Origin: a virus
DNA length: 64,000 bases
Reading direction: 5' to 3' (one strand)
IMG/VR virus record: IMGVR_UViG_3300045988_175656
Shown piece by piece: positions 26,832 to 35,899 of the stretch. The notes under the pieces are model-generated. The model saw only the letters and a list, made by a program, of their open reading frames with translations. It did no database searches and was not told the DNA's origin. The position numbers and the translations under genes are program-made. How positions within the stretch are numbered: the stretch's first letter is position 1; each line of letters opens with the position of its first letter.

Positions 26832-27557
26832 ATGATTGATTACAAAATTGGTGATTGGGTAGAAACTTGTCATATAATGCCTGGTATTGTTCAAAGTGTT
26901 GATATTAAACAAGGTATTGTAGAAATTTTCTACCCACATTATAAAGAACAAGATGATAGATATACAGGTGGTTCTTGTTGTTCAACTGAACATTGTGGTG
27001 TTCATAAAATTACTGAAGAACAAGCTCATATGATGTTATCTATTGGTGAAGAACGTTTAACCCGTTTATGGGATTTTCTTAAAAGAAATGTTAAAATAAA
27101 ATCAATAGAAGGAAAAATTGAATTTTATAAAAAACAAGTGAAAAAAATTTCTGAACATATTGATGATGCTAATTTTAAACATTGGGCTTTTCCTGATATT
27201 GAAAAAGGTAAATCATCTTATGATTGTGCTTTTAATTCATTTAGTAGGGGCTTGAAAGAATATGAAGAGAAACTTTATGAAGCGTGGAAAGAACATGAGA
27301 GATTATGGGAACAAACTATTGCTGATTTGTACAATGGAGTTGTAAATAATATAACACAAGGCATATGGCTATCTTATCCTAAAGTACATATTGAAAAAAT
27401 GGAAGGTGGTTTTAGGATTTTAACTATAAGAACTGGAGAACGTTTTCTTGCTAAAAAATTCCATTGTTCAAAATGGAATCAACCAAGTAATAAAAAATAT
27501 CGCAAAAACAAATATATAATAATTAAAAAATATGATACGTTTTATAGAAACAATTAA
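26832..27557 (+). CDS. hypothetical protein
   Basis: Track ORF. Confidence 0.65.
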   Translation: MIDYKIGDWVETCHIMPGIVQSVDIKQGIVEIFYPHYKEQDDRYTGGSCCSTEHCGVHKITEEQAHMMLSIGEERLTRLWDFLKRNVKIKSIEGKIEFYKKQVKKISEHIDDANFKHWAFPDIEKGKSSYDCAFNSFSRGLKEYEEKLYEAWKEHERLWEQTIADLYNGVVNNITQGIWLSYPKVHIEKMEGGFRILTIRTGERFLAKKFHCSKWNQPSNKKYRKNKYIIIKKYDTFYRNN

Positions 27558-27711
27558 ATTTGAATGTTCAAATAGAGGTAAATTACTATGGATTACAACA
27601 CCTAATAATGTTAGGGTTATCGGATTTTGGAATAAGGATTATGAAACTGACCCCAAAAGAAAAAAGTTTTATCAAAAATGGTATAATGACCATACATCAT
27701 GTGGTAGTTAG
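27532..27711 (+). CDS. possible 59-aa protein (alternative to track ORF 27560-27748)
   Basis: MIRFIETIKFECSNRGKLLWITTPNNVRVIGFWNKDYETDPKRKKFYQKWYNDHTSCGS reads more protein-like than the overlapping track ORF. It overlaps the upstream gene by 26 nt. Confidence 0.3.
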   Translation: MIRFIETIKFECSNRGKLLWITTPNNVRVIGFWNKDYETDPKRKKFYQKWYNDHTSCGS

Positions 27712-27726
27712 TAAATTCATTATTAT

Positions 27727-28098
27727 ATGGAAAAAATTTTATATTTAACATTAAAAAAACAATGGTTTGACCTAATTTCTTCTGGGGTAAAAACTGAAGA
27801 ATATAGGGAGATTAAACCATATTGGATTAAACGTTTAACAAAATGTAAAGGTAATAACTCTTTTGACAAGACAGGTTTCTTTTGTGCTAAAGCTAATTGT
27901 TGGTCTTGTTTAACAAGAACTTCAATTGGTTTCCATCCAGCTGATTATACACATGTGCATTTCAGACTTGGATATGCTAAAGAAGCACCTACCATGAAAT
28001 TTGAAATTAGTGGCTTCACAATTGGATGCGGAAATCCTGATTGGGGTGGTACAGATAAAGATGTTTTTATTATTAAATTAGGTAAAAGAATATATTAA
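27727..28098 (+). CDS. ASCH-domain (PUA-like) protein
   Basis: N-terminus LKKQWFDLISSGVKTEEYREIKPYW matches the ASCH signature. Confidence 0.6.
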   Translation: MEKILYLTLKKQWFDLISSGVKTEEYREIKPYWIKRLTKCKGNNSFDKTGFFCAKANCWSCLTRTSIGFHPADYTHVHFRLGYAKEAPTMKFEISGFTIGCGNPDWGGTDKDVFIIKLGKRIY

Positions 28099-28100
28099 CT

Positions 28101-28364
28101 ATGGCAGCATATTTAGCAGTAAATAAAAATGGTGATGAAAGGATATTTGAAGAATGTCCAACTTATCATAGATTAGAAGAACAGTGGGTTATTGAAACTG
28201 AAAGGGAAGAATTGGTTCATATTGACAATTATGATTATTCAGCAGGTACACAATGGGAAACTACAACTGAATATTATTATGGTGTACCACTTCCAAAAGG
28301 CTCTATTAAAAAACTTATTGGAAAAGATTTAACTGTTATTGATGAACCCTTTTTAATTGAATAG
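28101..28364 (+). CDS. hypothetical protein
   Basis: Track ORF. Confidence 0.55.
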   Translation: MAAYLAVNKNGDERIFEECPTYHRLEEQWVIETEREELVHIDNYDYSAGTQWETTTEYYYGVPLPKGSIKKLIGKDLTVIDEPFLIE

Positions 28365-28365
28365 G

Positions 28366-29112
28366 ATGGAAAATAAAATAGAATACAAAGATGTAATAAA
28401 AAGTACATCTCATGACCAAAAAGAAATTATGTATAATATCATGCAACTTCATAATGGTGGAAAACCGTTTTATGCTGATATGACATATAGTAGTGGAAAA
28501 TTTTATGAGCCTAAAAAGGGTGACAAATATATAATTCCTGCTCCAACTGTTAAATTGGATGTTGTGCCACAATTTAATGATGTATTAAAATTAGAACCAT
28601 TGGGTAAACTTCCATTTGAGGATAATTCTATTGAATCACTTGTTATTGATTTACCTTTTGTTATCGCTCCACGTGATTCTGCTTCAACAAAACTTACAGA
28701 CCAAAACGGAAGAAATGTTATTATGAATCGTTTTTCTTCTTATTATCCTGTTGCTGAAATGCTTGAAAGTTATCATCATTGGATTAATGAAGCATATAGA
28801 GTATTAAAACCTGATGGCATTTGTGTATTTAAATGCCAAAGTACTGTAACAGGTGGAAAACAACTTATGAGTTGTGAATATAGTTGGCTTTGTGCAACAG
28901 CAGCAGGTTTTTATACTTTAGACCAGTTTTTCTTATTGGCTAAGAATAGACTACATAGTGGAAAGATTAAAACACAGCAACATGCAAGAAAATTCACATC
29001 TACTTTTTATGTATTTAAAAAATCAGACAAAAAGAAAATTTCTTATGTGAAATGGATGGATGATGAAAAACAATCTGAATTTATAAAAAATTTACAAGAC
29101 CAATTAGTATAG
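28366..29112 (+). CDS. possible SAM-dependent (DNA) methyltransferase
   Basis: LVIDLPFV resembles a (D/N/S)PP(F/Y)-type motif IV, and YRVLKPDGICVFK is typical of the MTase C-terminal region. No clear FxGxG motif was seen, so the call is weak. Confidence 0.4.
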   Translation: MENKIEYKDVIKSTSHDQKEIMYNIMQLHNGGKPFYADMTYSSGKFYEPKKGDKYIIPAPTVKLDVVPQFNDVLKLEPLGKLPFEDNSIESLVIDLPFVIAPRDSASTKLTDQNGRNVIMNRFSSYYPVAEMLESYHHWINEAYRVLKPDGICVFKCQSTVTGGKQLMSCEYSWLCATAAGFYTLDQFFLLAKNRLHSGKIKTQQHARKFTSTFYVFKKSDKKKISYVKWMDDEKQSEFIKNLQDQLV

Positions 29113-29115
29113 TTT

Positions 29116-29643
29116 ATGGGACATAGTACGATTATAACTAGAGGAAAAGAATTGGCTTTTCTTCTTCGTCATGATAAAGAATATAAATTTGATAAACATG
29201 GATGGAGAGAAGTTTCAGACCTTATTAAAAATCATCACTATACAATGGATGAACTTAATGAAATTGTTGAAACGAATGATAAAAAACGTTATGAGTTTTC
29301 TGATGATAAAAAGAAGATTCGTGCAAGACAAGGGCATTCAATTGCTGTTGATGTGGAATTGAAAGAAACAACCCCACCTGATGTTCTTTATCATGGAACT
29401 GCTACTCGTTTTATTAGTTCAATTAATAAGCATGGTATTTTAAAAGGTACAAGACAACATGTACATCTTTCTGAAACAATAAGTATTGCAAAAAATGTTG
29501 GAAAGAGACATGGAAACCCTTGTGTTTTTGAAATTGATTCTAAACAAATGTTTGATGATGGTTGCAAATTTTATTTATCAAATAATGGAGTATGGCTTAC
29601 CGATTTCGTGGATAAAAAATATTTTTTAAAATGTATATTTTAA
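29116..29643 (+). CDS. kptA: RNA 2'-phosphotransferase Tpt1/KptA
   Basis: LAFLLRHD...DKHGW...NDKKRYEF...IRARQGHSI...LYHGT...RQHVHLS: all canonical Tpt1 blocks are present in order. Confidence 0.9.
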   Translation: MGHSTIITRGKELAFLLRHDKEYKFDKHGWREVSDLIKNHHYTMDELNEIVETNDKKRYEFSDDKKKIRARQGHSIAVDVELKETTPPDVLYHGTATRFISSINKHGILKGTRQHVHLSETISIAKNVGKRHGNPCVFEIDSKQMFDDGCKFYLSNNGVWLTDFVDKKYFLKCIF

Positions 29644-29919
29644 ATGGAAAATACTCTTATTTCTTTACCCTTAGCAGAAAAAAGACTTATTGCTAATGAT
29701 ATTCTACTCAAATATCATAGAAGATATAGGGAGCGTACAAGTAGTATGTATTATCATTGGACTTATTTAAAAGAGAAAAATGGAAAGTTACTTCTTATAA
29801 AATGCTATCAACATAATGATTCTTATGTTTGTAATGAAGAAAATCCTGTTAATATAGACCAAGTGTTTAAAAATGAATATGATTATGTAATGGCTTTAAT
29901 AAAAGAATATGGAAAATAA
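29644..29919 (+). CDS. hypothetical protein, paralog pair member 1
   Basis: SSMYYHWTYLKEKNGKLLLIKCYQHNDS aligns with the next gene. Confidence 0.55.
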   Translation: MENTLISLPLAEKRLIANDILLKYHRRYRERTSSMYYHWTYLKEKNGKLLLIKCYQHNDSYVCNEENPVNIDQVFKNEYDYVMALIKEYGK

Positions 29920-30244
29920 ATTATTGGGGTTAAATAAAATTTATAAAAAAATATTAGCAGAGAAAATAATTTGTAAATACATTTACAAATATACATCACA
30001 TTATAGTGGAATGTATTATCATTGGACAGATATTAAATGTGATAAAAATAATAGTGGCATTATTTTGGTTAAATGTTCAAGCCATGATTATTCCCCTCAT
30101 ATCAATGAAGATACAAGAGAATATATAGATGAAGTATTAACAGAACATTATGATGAAATTATGAAAACATTAATGGAACATATTGATGATTTTAATGATT
30201 CTCCATTAGGTTTTGTATTTAATGATTTAAAAAAAGTAGTATAA
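29909..30244 (+). CDS. hypothetical protein, paralog pair member 2
   Basis: SGMYYHWTDIKCDKNNSGIILVKCSSHDYS. Confidence 0.55.
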   Translation: MENKLLGLNKIYKKILAEKIICKYIYKYTSHYSGMYYHWTDIKCDKNNSGIILVKCSSHDYSPHINEDTREYIDEVLTEHYDEIMKTLMEHIDDFNDSPLGFVFNDLKKVV

Positions 30245-30248
30245 TACT

Positions 30249-30695
30249 ATGGCAAGACATTTTAATGAAGAAATGAAAGATATATGTGAATGGAATAATG
30301 GCAAATATATTATTCCTTGTTTGGTGGATTTTGATGGAACAATTGTTAAACATTGTTTTCCTTTAATTGGAGAACCAGTTCCACATGCTTTAGATTTAAT
30401 GTGTGAATATACACAAAAATATAATTGTGGATGGATTTTGGACACAATGAGAAGTGGAAAATTACTTCAAGATGCTGTTGACTATTTAATATCTAATGGC
30501 ATTAAATTGTATGGTATTGGGAAACATCCTACTCAATACAAATGGACAACATCTAATAAAGCGTATGGAATGTTTAGATGGGATGATAATTGTGCATGTG
30601 CTCCATTAATTGAAGAAAATAATGAGAGAGGGTATTTAGATTGGTTAGCTGTGGATAAAATTATTAGACCTAAATTAGAGCTTATAACAAAATAA
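30249..30695 (+). CDS. HAD-superfamily hydrolase-like protein
   Basis: LVDFDGTIV resembles HAD motif I (DxDGT). The other motifs are not clear. Confidence 0.4.
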   Translation: MARHFNEEMKDICEWNNGKYIIPCLVDFDGTIVKHCFPLIGEPVPHALDLMCEYTQKYNCGWILDTMRSGKLLQDAVDYLISNGIKLYGIGKHPTQYKWTTSNKAYGMFRWDDNCACAPLIEENNERGYLDWLAVDKIIRPKLELITK

Positions 30696-30747
30696 ACTTA
30701 ACCTTTTTTGAAGTGCATATATTTATTATTAGTAATAATATAAATAT

Positions 30748-31863
30748 ATGAGTAGAAAAAAGACATTAAATGAATTTATTGATAAGGCAAAAGAGGTACA
30801 TGGTAATAAATATGATTACTCAAAAGTGAATTATATAAACTCACAAGAAAAAGTATGTATTGTTTGCCATGAACATGGTGAATTTTGGCAGCTTCCATTT
30901 AAACATTTAAAAGGTCAAGGATGCCCAAAATGCTTTAGAAATAATCTTAGTGATATATTAAAATTTTCAATAGATGAATTTATCAAAAAAGCAAAAGAAA
31001 AACATGGATATAAATATGATTATTCAAAAGTAGAATATATAAATAATAAGACAAAGGTTTGTATCATATGTCCTGAACATGGAGAATTTTGGCAAACACC
31101 ACATAATCATTTAAAAGGTTATGGGTGTTCTAAATGCAGTGGAAATTATTTACATACATTAAATGAATTTATTGAAAAATCCAAAGAAATACATGGTGAT
31201 AAATATGGCTACTCTAAAGTAGATTATATTAATGCACTAACAAAAGTATGCATTGTTTGCTCTGAACATGGTGACTTTTGGCAAACACCACATAATCATT
31301 TAAAAGGTCAAGGATGTCCAAAATGCTTTTACACTAAAAATAGTGAAGAAAAGAAGCTAACTTTAGAAATTTTTATTGAAAAAGCAAAAGAGATACATGG
31401 TGATAAATATGATTATTCAAAAGTAAATTATAAAGGATTTCATGATAAAGTATGTATTCTTTGTAAAGAACATGGTGAATTTTGGCAAACACCTGCACAT
31501 CATTTAAGTGGACAAGGATGTAGAAAATGCAATGAAAGTAAATTAGAAAGAATAACAAGAATATTTTTAAAAAAACATAATATAATATCTATTCAAGAAA
31601 AGACTTTTGATTGGTTGATAAAAGACAAAAATCTAAAATTGGATTTTTATTTACCTGAATATAATGTAGCAATTGAATGCCAAGGAATACAACATTTTAA
31701 GCCAATTAATTATTTTGGTGGCTTAAAAGGATTTGAATATATTAAAAAATGTGATTTAATAAAAAAACAAAAATGTTATGAAAATGGTATTAAATTATTT
31801 TATGTCAATTATTATGATGACATAGAACAAAATTTATTAGAAATTATAAATAAATTAAAATAA
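30748..31863 (+). CDS. endonuclease with four tandem zinc-ribbon repeats and a Vsr/DUF559-like C-terminal nuclease domain
   Basis: Four ~63-aa repeats (HG.KYDYSKV.YIN...KVC..C.EHGEFWQ.P..HLKGQGCPKC), followed by LDFYLPEYNVAIECQGIQHF. Confidence 0.6.
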   Translation: MSRKKTLNEFIDKAKEVHGNKYDYSKVNYINSQEKVCIVCHEHGEFWQLPFKHLKGQGCPKCFRNNLSDILKFSIDEFIKKAKEKHGYKYDYSKVEYINNKTKVCIICPEHGEFWQTPHNHLKGYGCSKCSGNYLHTLNEFIEKSKEIHGDKYGYSKVDYINALTKVCIVCSEHGDFWQTPHNHLKGQGCPKCFYTKNSEEKKLTLEIFIEKAKEIHGDKYDYSKVNYKGFHDKVCILCKEHGEFWQTPAHHLSGQGCRKCNESKLERITRIFLKKHNIISIQEKTFDWLIKDKNLKLDFYLPEYNVAIECQGIQHFKPINYFGGLKGFEYIKKCDLIKKQKCYENGIKLFYVNYYDDIEQNLLEIINKLK

Positions 31864-31882
31864 CATTTTTTAATAATATTAA

Positions 31883-31914
31883 TTTGTTTAATTTCTAAAT
31901 ATATATTATCTTTG
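31883..31914 (+). promoter_or_regulatory. Bacteroidota-type promoter
   Basis: TTTG at 31883-31886 and TATCTTTG at 31907-31914, 20 nt apart. Confidence 0.5.
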
Positions 31915-31940
31915 TATTATCAATTTAAGTATCAAATAAT

Positions 31941-32135
31941 ATGAATAAAAGAGAAGCGAAGATATTAGCATTAGAAGTATTTGCAAAATATGCTGATAAC
32001 CTACTTGAAGTGGATGAAGTTTATAACAATATTCATACAACTAAAGATTGCGATTTAATTAACATTGCTTTTGATGAATTAGCAATTAGTTTAAAGAAAA
32101 GAGCTGAAAAATTGAAGTCTAATAAAACAAAATGA
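31941..32135 (+). CDS. hypothetical protein
   Basis: Track ORF. Confidence 0.5.
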   Translation: MNKREAKILALEVFAKYADNLLEVDEVYNNIHTTKDCDLINIAFDELAISLKKRAEKLKSNKTK

Positions 32136-32611
32136 TTATGGAGTTAAATGTAGTTGCCTATCCAGAAATTTTATTAACGAAGCATTTAAATGATGTATAT
32201 TCTACACATGATTTTCCCGAATTTAAAATGTTGAATAATATGGAAACAGAAAAACAAAAAGCATATGTAATTATGGAGCATTATGGCTCTTATGATGATA
32301 GTTATCAACTTGTCTATGGTGTTACTTTAGATAAAGTAAAAGCTGAAATACTTAAAACAGAAAGTATTGAAAGTCATAAGAAAAAATCTGAATCAGAACT
32401 TCCTATGACATGGGAAAAATTTGGAGAATTAGAAGAAATTTATTGTGAAAAATTGGAAGAGTTCAATAATGATGAAGATGCTCTGTTCGCTTCTGGATGG
32501 TGTTTTGATGATTATACAATGGAAGAGTTTTACATGATGGAAGATTTATATGATGATTATTTTCATGATGAATATGTAATGACTCATATTATTGAAACTG
32601 ATTTGTTTTAA
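32132..32611 (+). CDS. hypothetical acidic protein
   Basis: Track ORF with an ATGA overlap. Confidence 0.6.
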   Translation: MIMELNVVAYPEILLTKHLNDVYSTHDFPEFKMLNNMETEKQKAYVIMEHYGSYDDSYQLVYGVTLDKVKAEILKTESIESHKKKSESELPMTWEKFGELEEIYCEKLEEFNNDEDALFASGWCFDDYTMEEFYMMEDLYDDYFHDEYVMTHIIETDLF

Positions 32612-32665
32612 ATGTAATGTTTAGCATTTAAAATTTGTTAAAAAGTGCGTTTTTATTTATTAACA

Positions 32666-32697
32666 TTTGCGTTTTGCTTAAATAAGTCGTATATTTG
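32666..32697 (+). promoter_or_regulatory. Bacteroidota-type promoter
   Basis: TTTG at 32666-32669 and TATATTTG at 32690-32697, 20 nt apart. Confidence 0.55.
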
Positions 32698-32707
32698 CAA
32701 TACAAAA

Positions 32708-32941
32708 ATGTTAATAACTATGAACAATTATAGAAGATTTAAGTTTGTTAAAGAGCTAAAAAAGAGTGAAACAGAAAAAATTCCAGTAGGCTCAGAAATT
32801 ACAGTATTAAACGATACCATATATTTTAATGGTGGAATGATTACACCTGCAAATTATAATTACTTTAATAAATTACTTGCTAATGAGATAGCTTATCCAT
32901 ATTATTTGCAAGAAGTTATTATACCTGTTGACAAGGTTTAA
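32708..32941 (+). CDS. hypothetical protein
   Basis: First ATG after the promoter. Track ORF 32645-32941 would begin inside the promoter. Confidence 0.5.
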   Translation: MLITMNNYRRFKFVKELKKSETEKIPVGSEITVLNDTIYFNGGMITPANYNYFNKLLANEIAYPYYLQEVIIPVDKV

Positions 32942-32971
32942 AGAATAATTTAAATAATTTGGATATGATAG

Positions 32972-33484
32972 GTGGGATTAAGAGATACTGTACAGAGAAT
33001 GTACTTACAAGGACTTGAAGATGAAAGTCTTGTGATGGAAGTAACCAAAAGAAAATTTGGGGGAAATGTAAGAAAGTCTACAAGAAATGAAGATATGAAG
33101 GAACATATTGATTTTTGGTGGATTTCTGATAATGGTAATGAATACGGTTTTGATGTTAAAGGTGTTAAGAAAAATAAACGTACTGATAAAGTTGGTGATG
33201 ATAAAATAAATTGGATTGAATTAATAAATGTTCAAGGAAATCCAGGATGGGTTTATGGAAATGCCAAATATATAGCATTCTTAACAAATGAATCTGTATT
33301 ATATGTACCAAGAAAAAAATTGGCTTCTTATATTGAAGAAAAAATAAAAGGAAAGTCACTTTCAACAGTTAATCCATCTTCTTGTTACATACCATATCAA
33401 AGATATGGAAGAATGGATATGATTGTAAAGGTTCCAACAAGCGATTTGAAAGAAATTGCTAAACATGAAATAATGTTAGAATAA
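32972..33484 (+). CDS. hypothetical protein (possible PD-(D/E)XK nuclease fold)
   Basis: Track ORF with a GTG start. EHIDFWW...GFDVKGVKK loosely resembles a D...(D/E)xK core. Confidence 0.45.
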   Translation: MGLRDTVQRMYLQGLEDESLVMEVTKRKFGGNVRKSTRNEDMKEHIDFWWISDNGNEYGFDVKGVKKNKRTDKVGDDKINWIELINVQGNPGWVYGNAKYIAFLTNESVLYVPRKKLASYIEEKIKGKSLSTVNPSSCYIPYQRYGRMDMIVKVPTSDLKEIAKHEIMLE

Positions 33485-33494
33485 AATAAATATT

Positions 33495-33626
33495 ATGAGA
33501 CTAACTGTAACAAATAGAAAATCTATTTCTGATGATTTATCAATTTATGATTGTTTAGCCAAAAAGGGTGATTTTATTGAAGTTACTGAATGGGCTAATG
33601 GTGAAGGGTATAATATATCAAGATAA
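33495..33626 (+). CDS. possible 43-aa protein
   Basis: Translates as MRLTVTNRKSISDDLSIYDCLAKKGDFIEVTEWANGEGYNISR and fills an otherwise empty gap. Confidence 0.3.
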   Translation: MRLTVTNRKSISDDLSIYDCLAKKGDFIEVTEWANGEGYNISR

Positions 33627-33632
33627 AAAATT

Positions 33633-33992
33633 ATGAAAACAGTTGAAGAATATGAATATTTTCTTTCTTATTTGCGTTATAGATTTCCAGCTATGTCTAT
33701 ATGTGAAGAAGAGTATGAAAAAATTATTCATACATTAAGATTAATAGCTCTTTATTGCCCTGATAATAATAGATTGATTTTTCATTATAACCATATAATA
33801 GATTTTAATTGTATAAAAGGAATATTTTTTAGACCTAAAACAATAAAGTCTATTCCAGAATTCTATGAAATATCATATGTGGATGAATTTTTTAACGTAA
33901 AACCAATACCATTTAATCTTAGTTTCGTTGAACAATTATATGAAATAGTACAAAAAGAAGTAAAAAATAATACTGATGAAATTAATAAATAA
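33633..33992 (+). CDS. hypothetical protein
   Basis: Track ORF. Confidence 0.6.
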   Translation: MKTVEEYEYFLSYLRYRFPAMSICEEEYEKIIHTLRLIALYCPDNNRLIFHYNHIIDFNCIKGIFFRPKTIKSIPEFYEISYVDEFFNVKPIPFNLSFVEQLYEIVQKEVKNNTDEINK

Positions 33993-34251
33993 AGGTGAAA
34001 TATTATCTGATGGTGTAGATGATATATATGATATTATCTTTAGAGAATATACACATAAAGGGTTTTGTGATGTTGATTTTGAAGGTGTTAAATTTATCAC
34101 AACTAAATTTGCAGGTAAATTGTTTGGCAGGTTATATGATAATTTAGGGAAAGAAGAATTTTATAAAAACATTCACATAATTAATATGTCTAATGATGTA
34201 AAAATTAGTTATGAAGTTGGTTTAATTAGATATATAAAATATTTTATATAA
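33976..34251 (+). CDS. STAS-like (DUF4325-type) small protein
   Basis: [32 protein letters not shown]...IHIINMS fits the DUF4325 pattern. Confidence 0.45.
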   Translation: MKLINKGEILSDGVDDIYDIIFREYTHKGFCDVDFEGVKFITTKFAGKLFGRLYDNLGKEEFYKNIHIINMSNDVKISYEVGLIRYIKYFI

Positions 34252-34254
34252 AGT

Positions 34255-34464
34255 ATGGGAAAATTAAAAGATTTAGCTGAAAAATGTTGTACACAGGAAA
34301 CTTTTGTAATTGAAAATCCTGGACCTAAACTTCTCGCATTTATTAACGATATGCGAGAACGTAAGAATAAAATGATAGAAGAGTCTAAAAGAGAATATAT
34401 TAGACATGCGTTTCTATCTGATGATAATATGCATAATACTTTTTATATGTATTACATATATTAA
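34255..34464 (+). CDS. hypothetical protein, possibly the 5' part of a frameshifted gene
   Basis: Track ORF ending in an odd FYMYYIY tail. A long start-less ORF continues in the -1 frame. Confidence 0.5.
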   Translation: MGKLKDLAEKCCTQETFVIENPGPKLLAFINDMRERKNKMIEESKREYIRHAFLSDDNMHNTFYMYYIY

Positions 34465-34763
34465 CTGAAAACTACCCTGATGATGAAACAGATGAAAAAC
34501 TTGAAAATGCTCTTGAATCTTTTGGTTATGAAGGTGATGTCATTTTTCTTAAAAATGATGAAGATGAATATCAAGTATTTGGAGTCTTTAACAATGGAAC
34601 TAATGGAAAAGAGGGTTGCATATTAAATTCCATGAAAGACGTTACTAATAGATTAGAAAAATTAAAATCTAATGAAAATGTGAAATGGTGTCAAATATTA
34701 GATACTACTATTGATAATATGGATGATGTTTATGCTTGGTATTTAACATTTACTTTAAAATGA
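34437..34763 (+). other. start-less open frame continuing the 34255 gene in the -1 frame
   Basis: The frame is open from 34437 to TGA 34761-34763 and reads like protein (...HILTENYPDDETDEKLENALESFGYEGDVIFLKNDEDEYQVFG...). There is no in-frame ATG before 34632. A T5 run at 34440-34444 sits at the frame junction. Confidence 0.45.
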
Positions 34764-34772
34764 TATTAGATA

Positions 34773-35423
34773 ATGGAAAATAAACTAAATATTCCAAAAA
34801 TATGGTTTACATCGGATTGCCACATATCACATAAAAACGTGATTAAGCATTGTCCAGGAAGAGCACTTGCTGGAAATTTCAATATAAATGATATTGAAGC
34901 CCATGATAATTGGCTTATTGACAAATGGAATACAACTATTAGCAAAAAAGACATTGTTTATATTATTGGCGATTTTTGTTTTGCAAATAGAGAGGAAACC
35001 ATAAAATTGTTAGGAAAATTAAATGGCGACAAGCATTTGATTTTGGGAAATCATGATAAATCATCAGACCATTTATTTAATTATTTCAAATCAATTTCTC
35101 AAATCAAAGAAGTTAAATTTAGAAAAGATAACTTTCCTTTTTTAAAAGAAGATTTTGATGTAATTATGTGTCATTATCATATGATTAACTGGAATAGAAA
35201 ACATTATGGTTCAGTTGAGGTATGTGGGCACTCTCATGGTAGGTTAGATGATTATAATTTAGAATCTCCTGACCTTAGAGTTGATGTGGGCATTGATGGT
35301 AAATTAGCTAATTATGAGTTTATTTCATTAGAAAAACTATATAAGTTTTTCAAAGAAAAGGCTGAAGGTAAATTATTTGCTGATTATGCAAGAGAAAAGA
35401 AAGATGAAAACATGTTAATATGA
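34773..35423 (+). CDS. metallophosphoesterase
   Basis: SDCHISH, IIGDF, LGNHD, CHYH and GHSHG, the full calcineurin-like motif set. Confidence 0.8.
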   Translation: MENKLNIPKIWFTSDCHISHKNVIKHCPGRALAGNFNINDIEAHDNWLIDKWNTTISKKDIVYIIGDFCFANREETIKLLGKLNGDKHLILGNHDKSSDHLFNYFKSISQIKEVKFRKDNFPFLKEDFDVIMCHYHMINWNRKHYGSVEVCGHSHGRLDDYNLESPDLRVDVGIDGKLANYEFISLEKLYKFFKEKAEGKLFADYAREKKDENMLI

Positions 35424-35899
35424 AAGTTATTTTTTTAGACTTTGATGGAGTTATTACAACAATGAAAAGCCATTGGAATCTTTGTAAAGAGAAAATGGAA
35501 TTGGTTAAAGAAATTGTAGATAAAACAGGTGCTAAAATCGTCATATCTTCTTCATGGAGACATTCAACATTAGAAAGCACTTTGGATTATATCACTACAT
35601 TAGGAAATGCTTTTGTACATAATGTGACATTTCTCATGCCTGAAGATGTTGTAGGTGTAACTGATAGAATTTATTACCATAAATGTAGTGATAAAGAAAA
35701 GCATGAATATCATGTTTGTCGTGGTGTTGAAATTGAACATTATTTGTATGAACATCCTGAAATTAAAAATTATGTAATTCTTGATGATGATTCTGATATG
35801 TTACTTTCACAAAGAAAACATTTTGTTAAAACAGATACATTAAGAGGTATATCAAAGAAAAATGTTGAAACAGCTATTAAAATTTTAAATTCAAAATGA
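35420..35899 (+). CDS. HAD-like phosphatase of the type associated with RNA-repair proteins
   Basis: VIFLDFDGVITT (motif I), VISSSWR, and ILDDDSD near the C-terminus. Confidence 0.55.
   Translation: MKVIFLDFDGVITTMKSHWNLCKEKMELVKEIVDKTGAKIVISSSWRHSTLESTLDYITTLGNAFVHNVTFLMPEDVVGVTDRIYYHKCSDKEKHEYHVCRGVEIEHYLYEHPEIKNYVILDDDSDMLLSQRKHFVKTDTLRGISKKNVETAIKILNSK

Noticed and set aside
27560-27748. 62-aa track ORF between the 26832 gene and the ASCH gene
   Set aside because: The translation looks non-protein-like and it overlaps the ASCH start. An alternative 59-aa frame (27532-27711) is more plausible but still uncertain.
2478-29362. Same-strand alternative-frame ORFs 2478-2696, 20124-20369 and 29171-29362
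   Set aside because: They are embedded in longer ORFs that have recognisable motifs or better context. Their K/I/L-rich translations are typical of off-frame AT-rich DNA.
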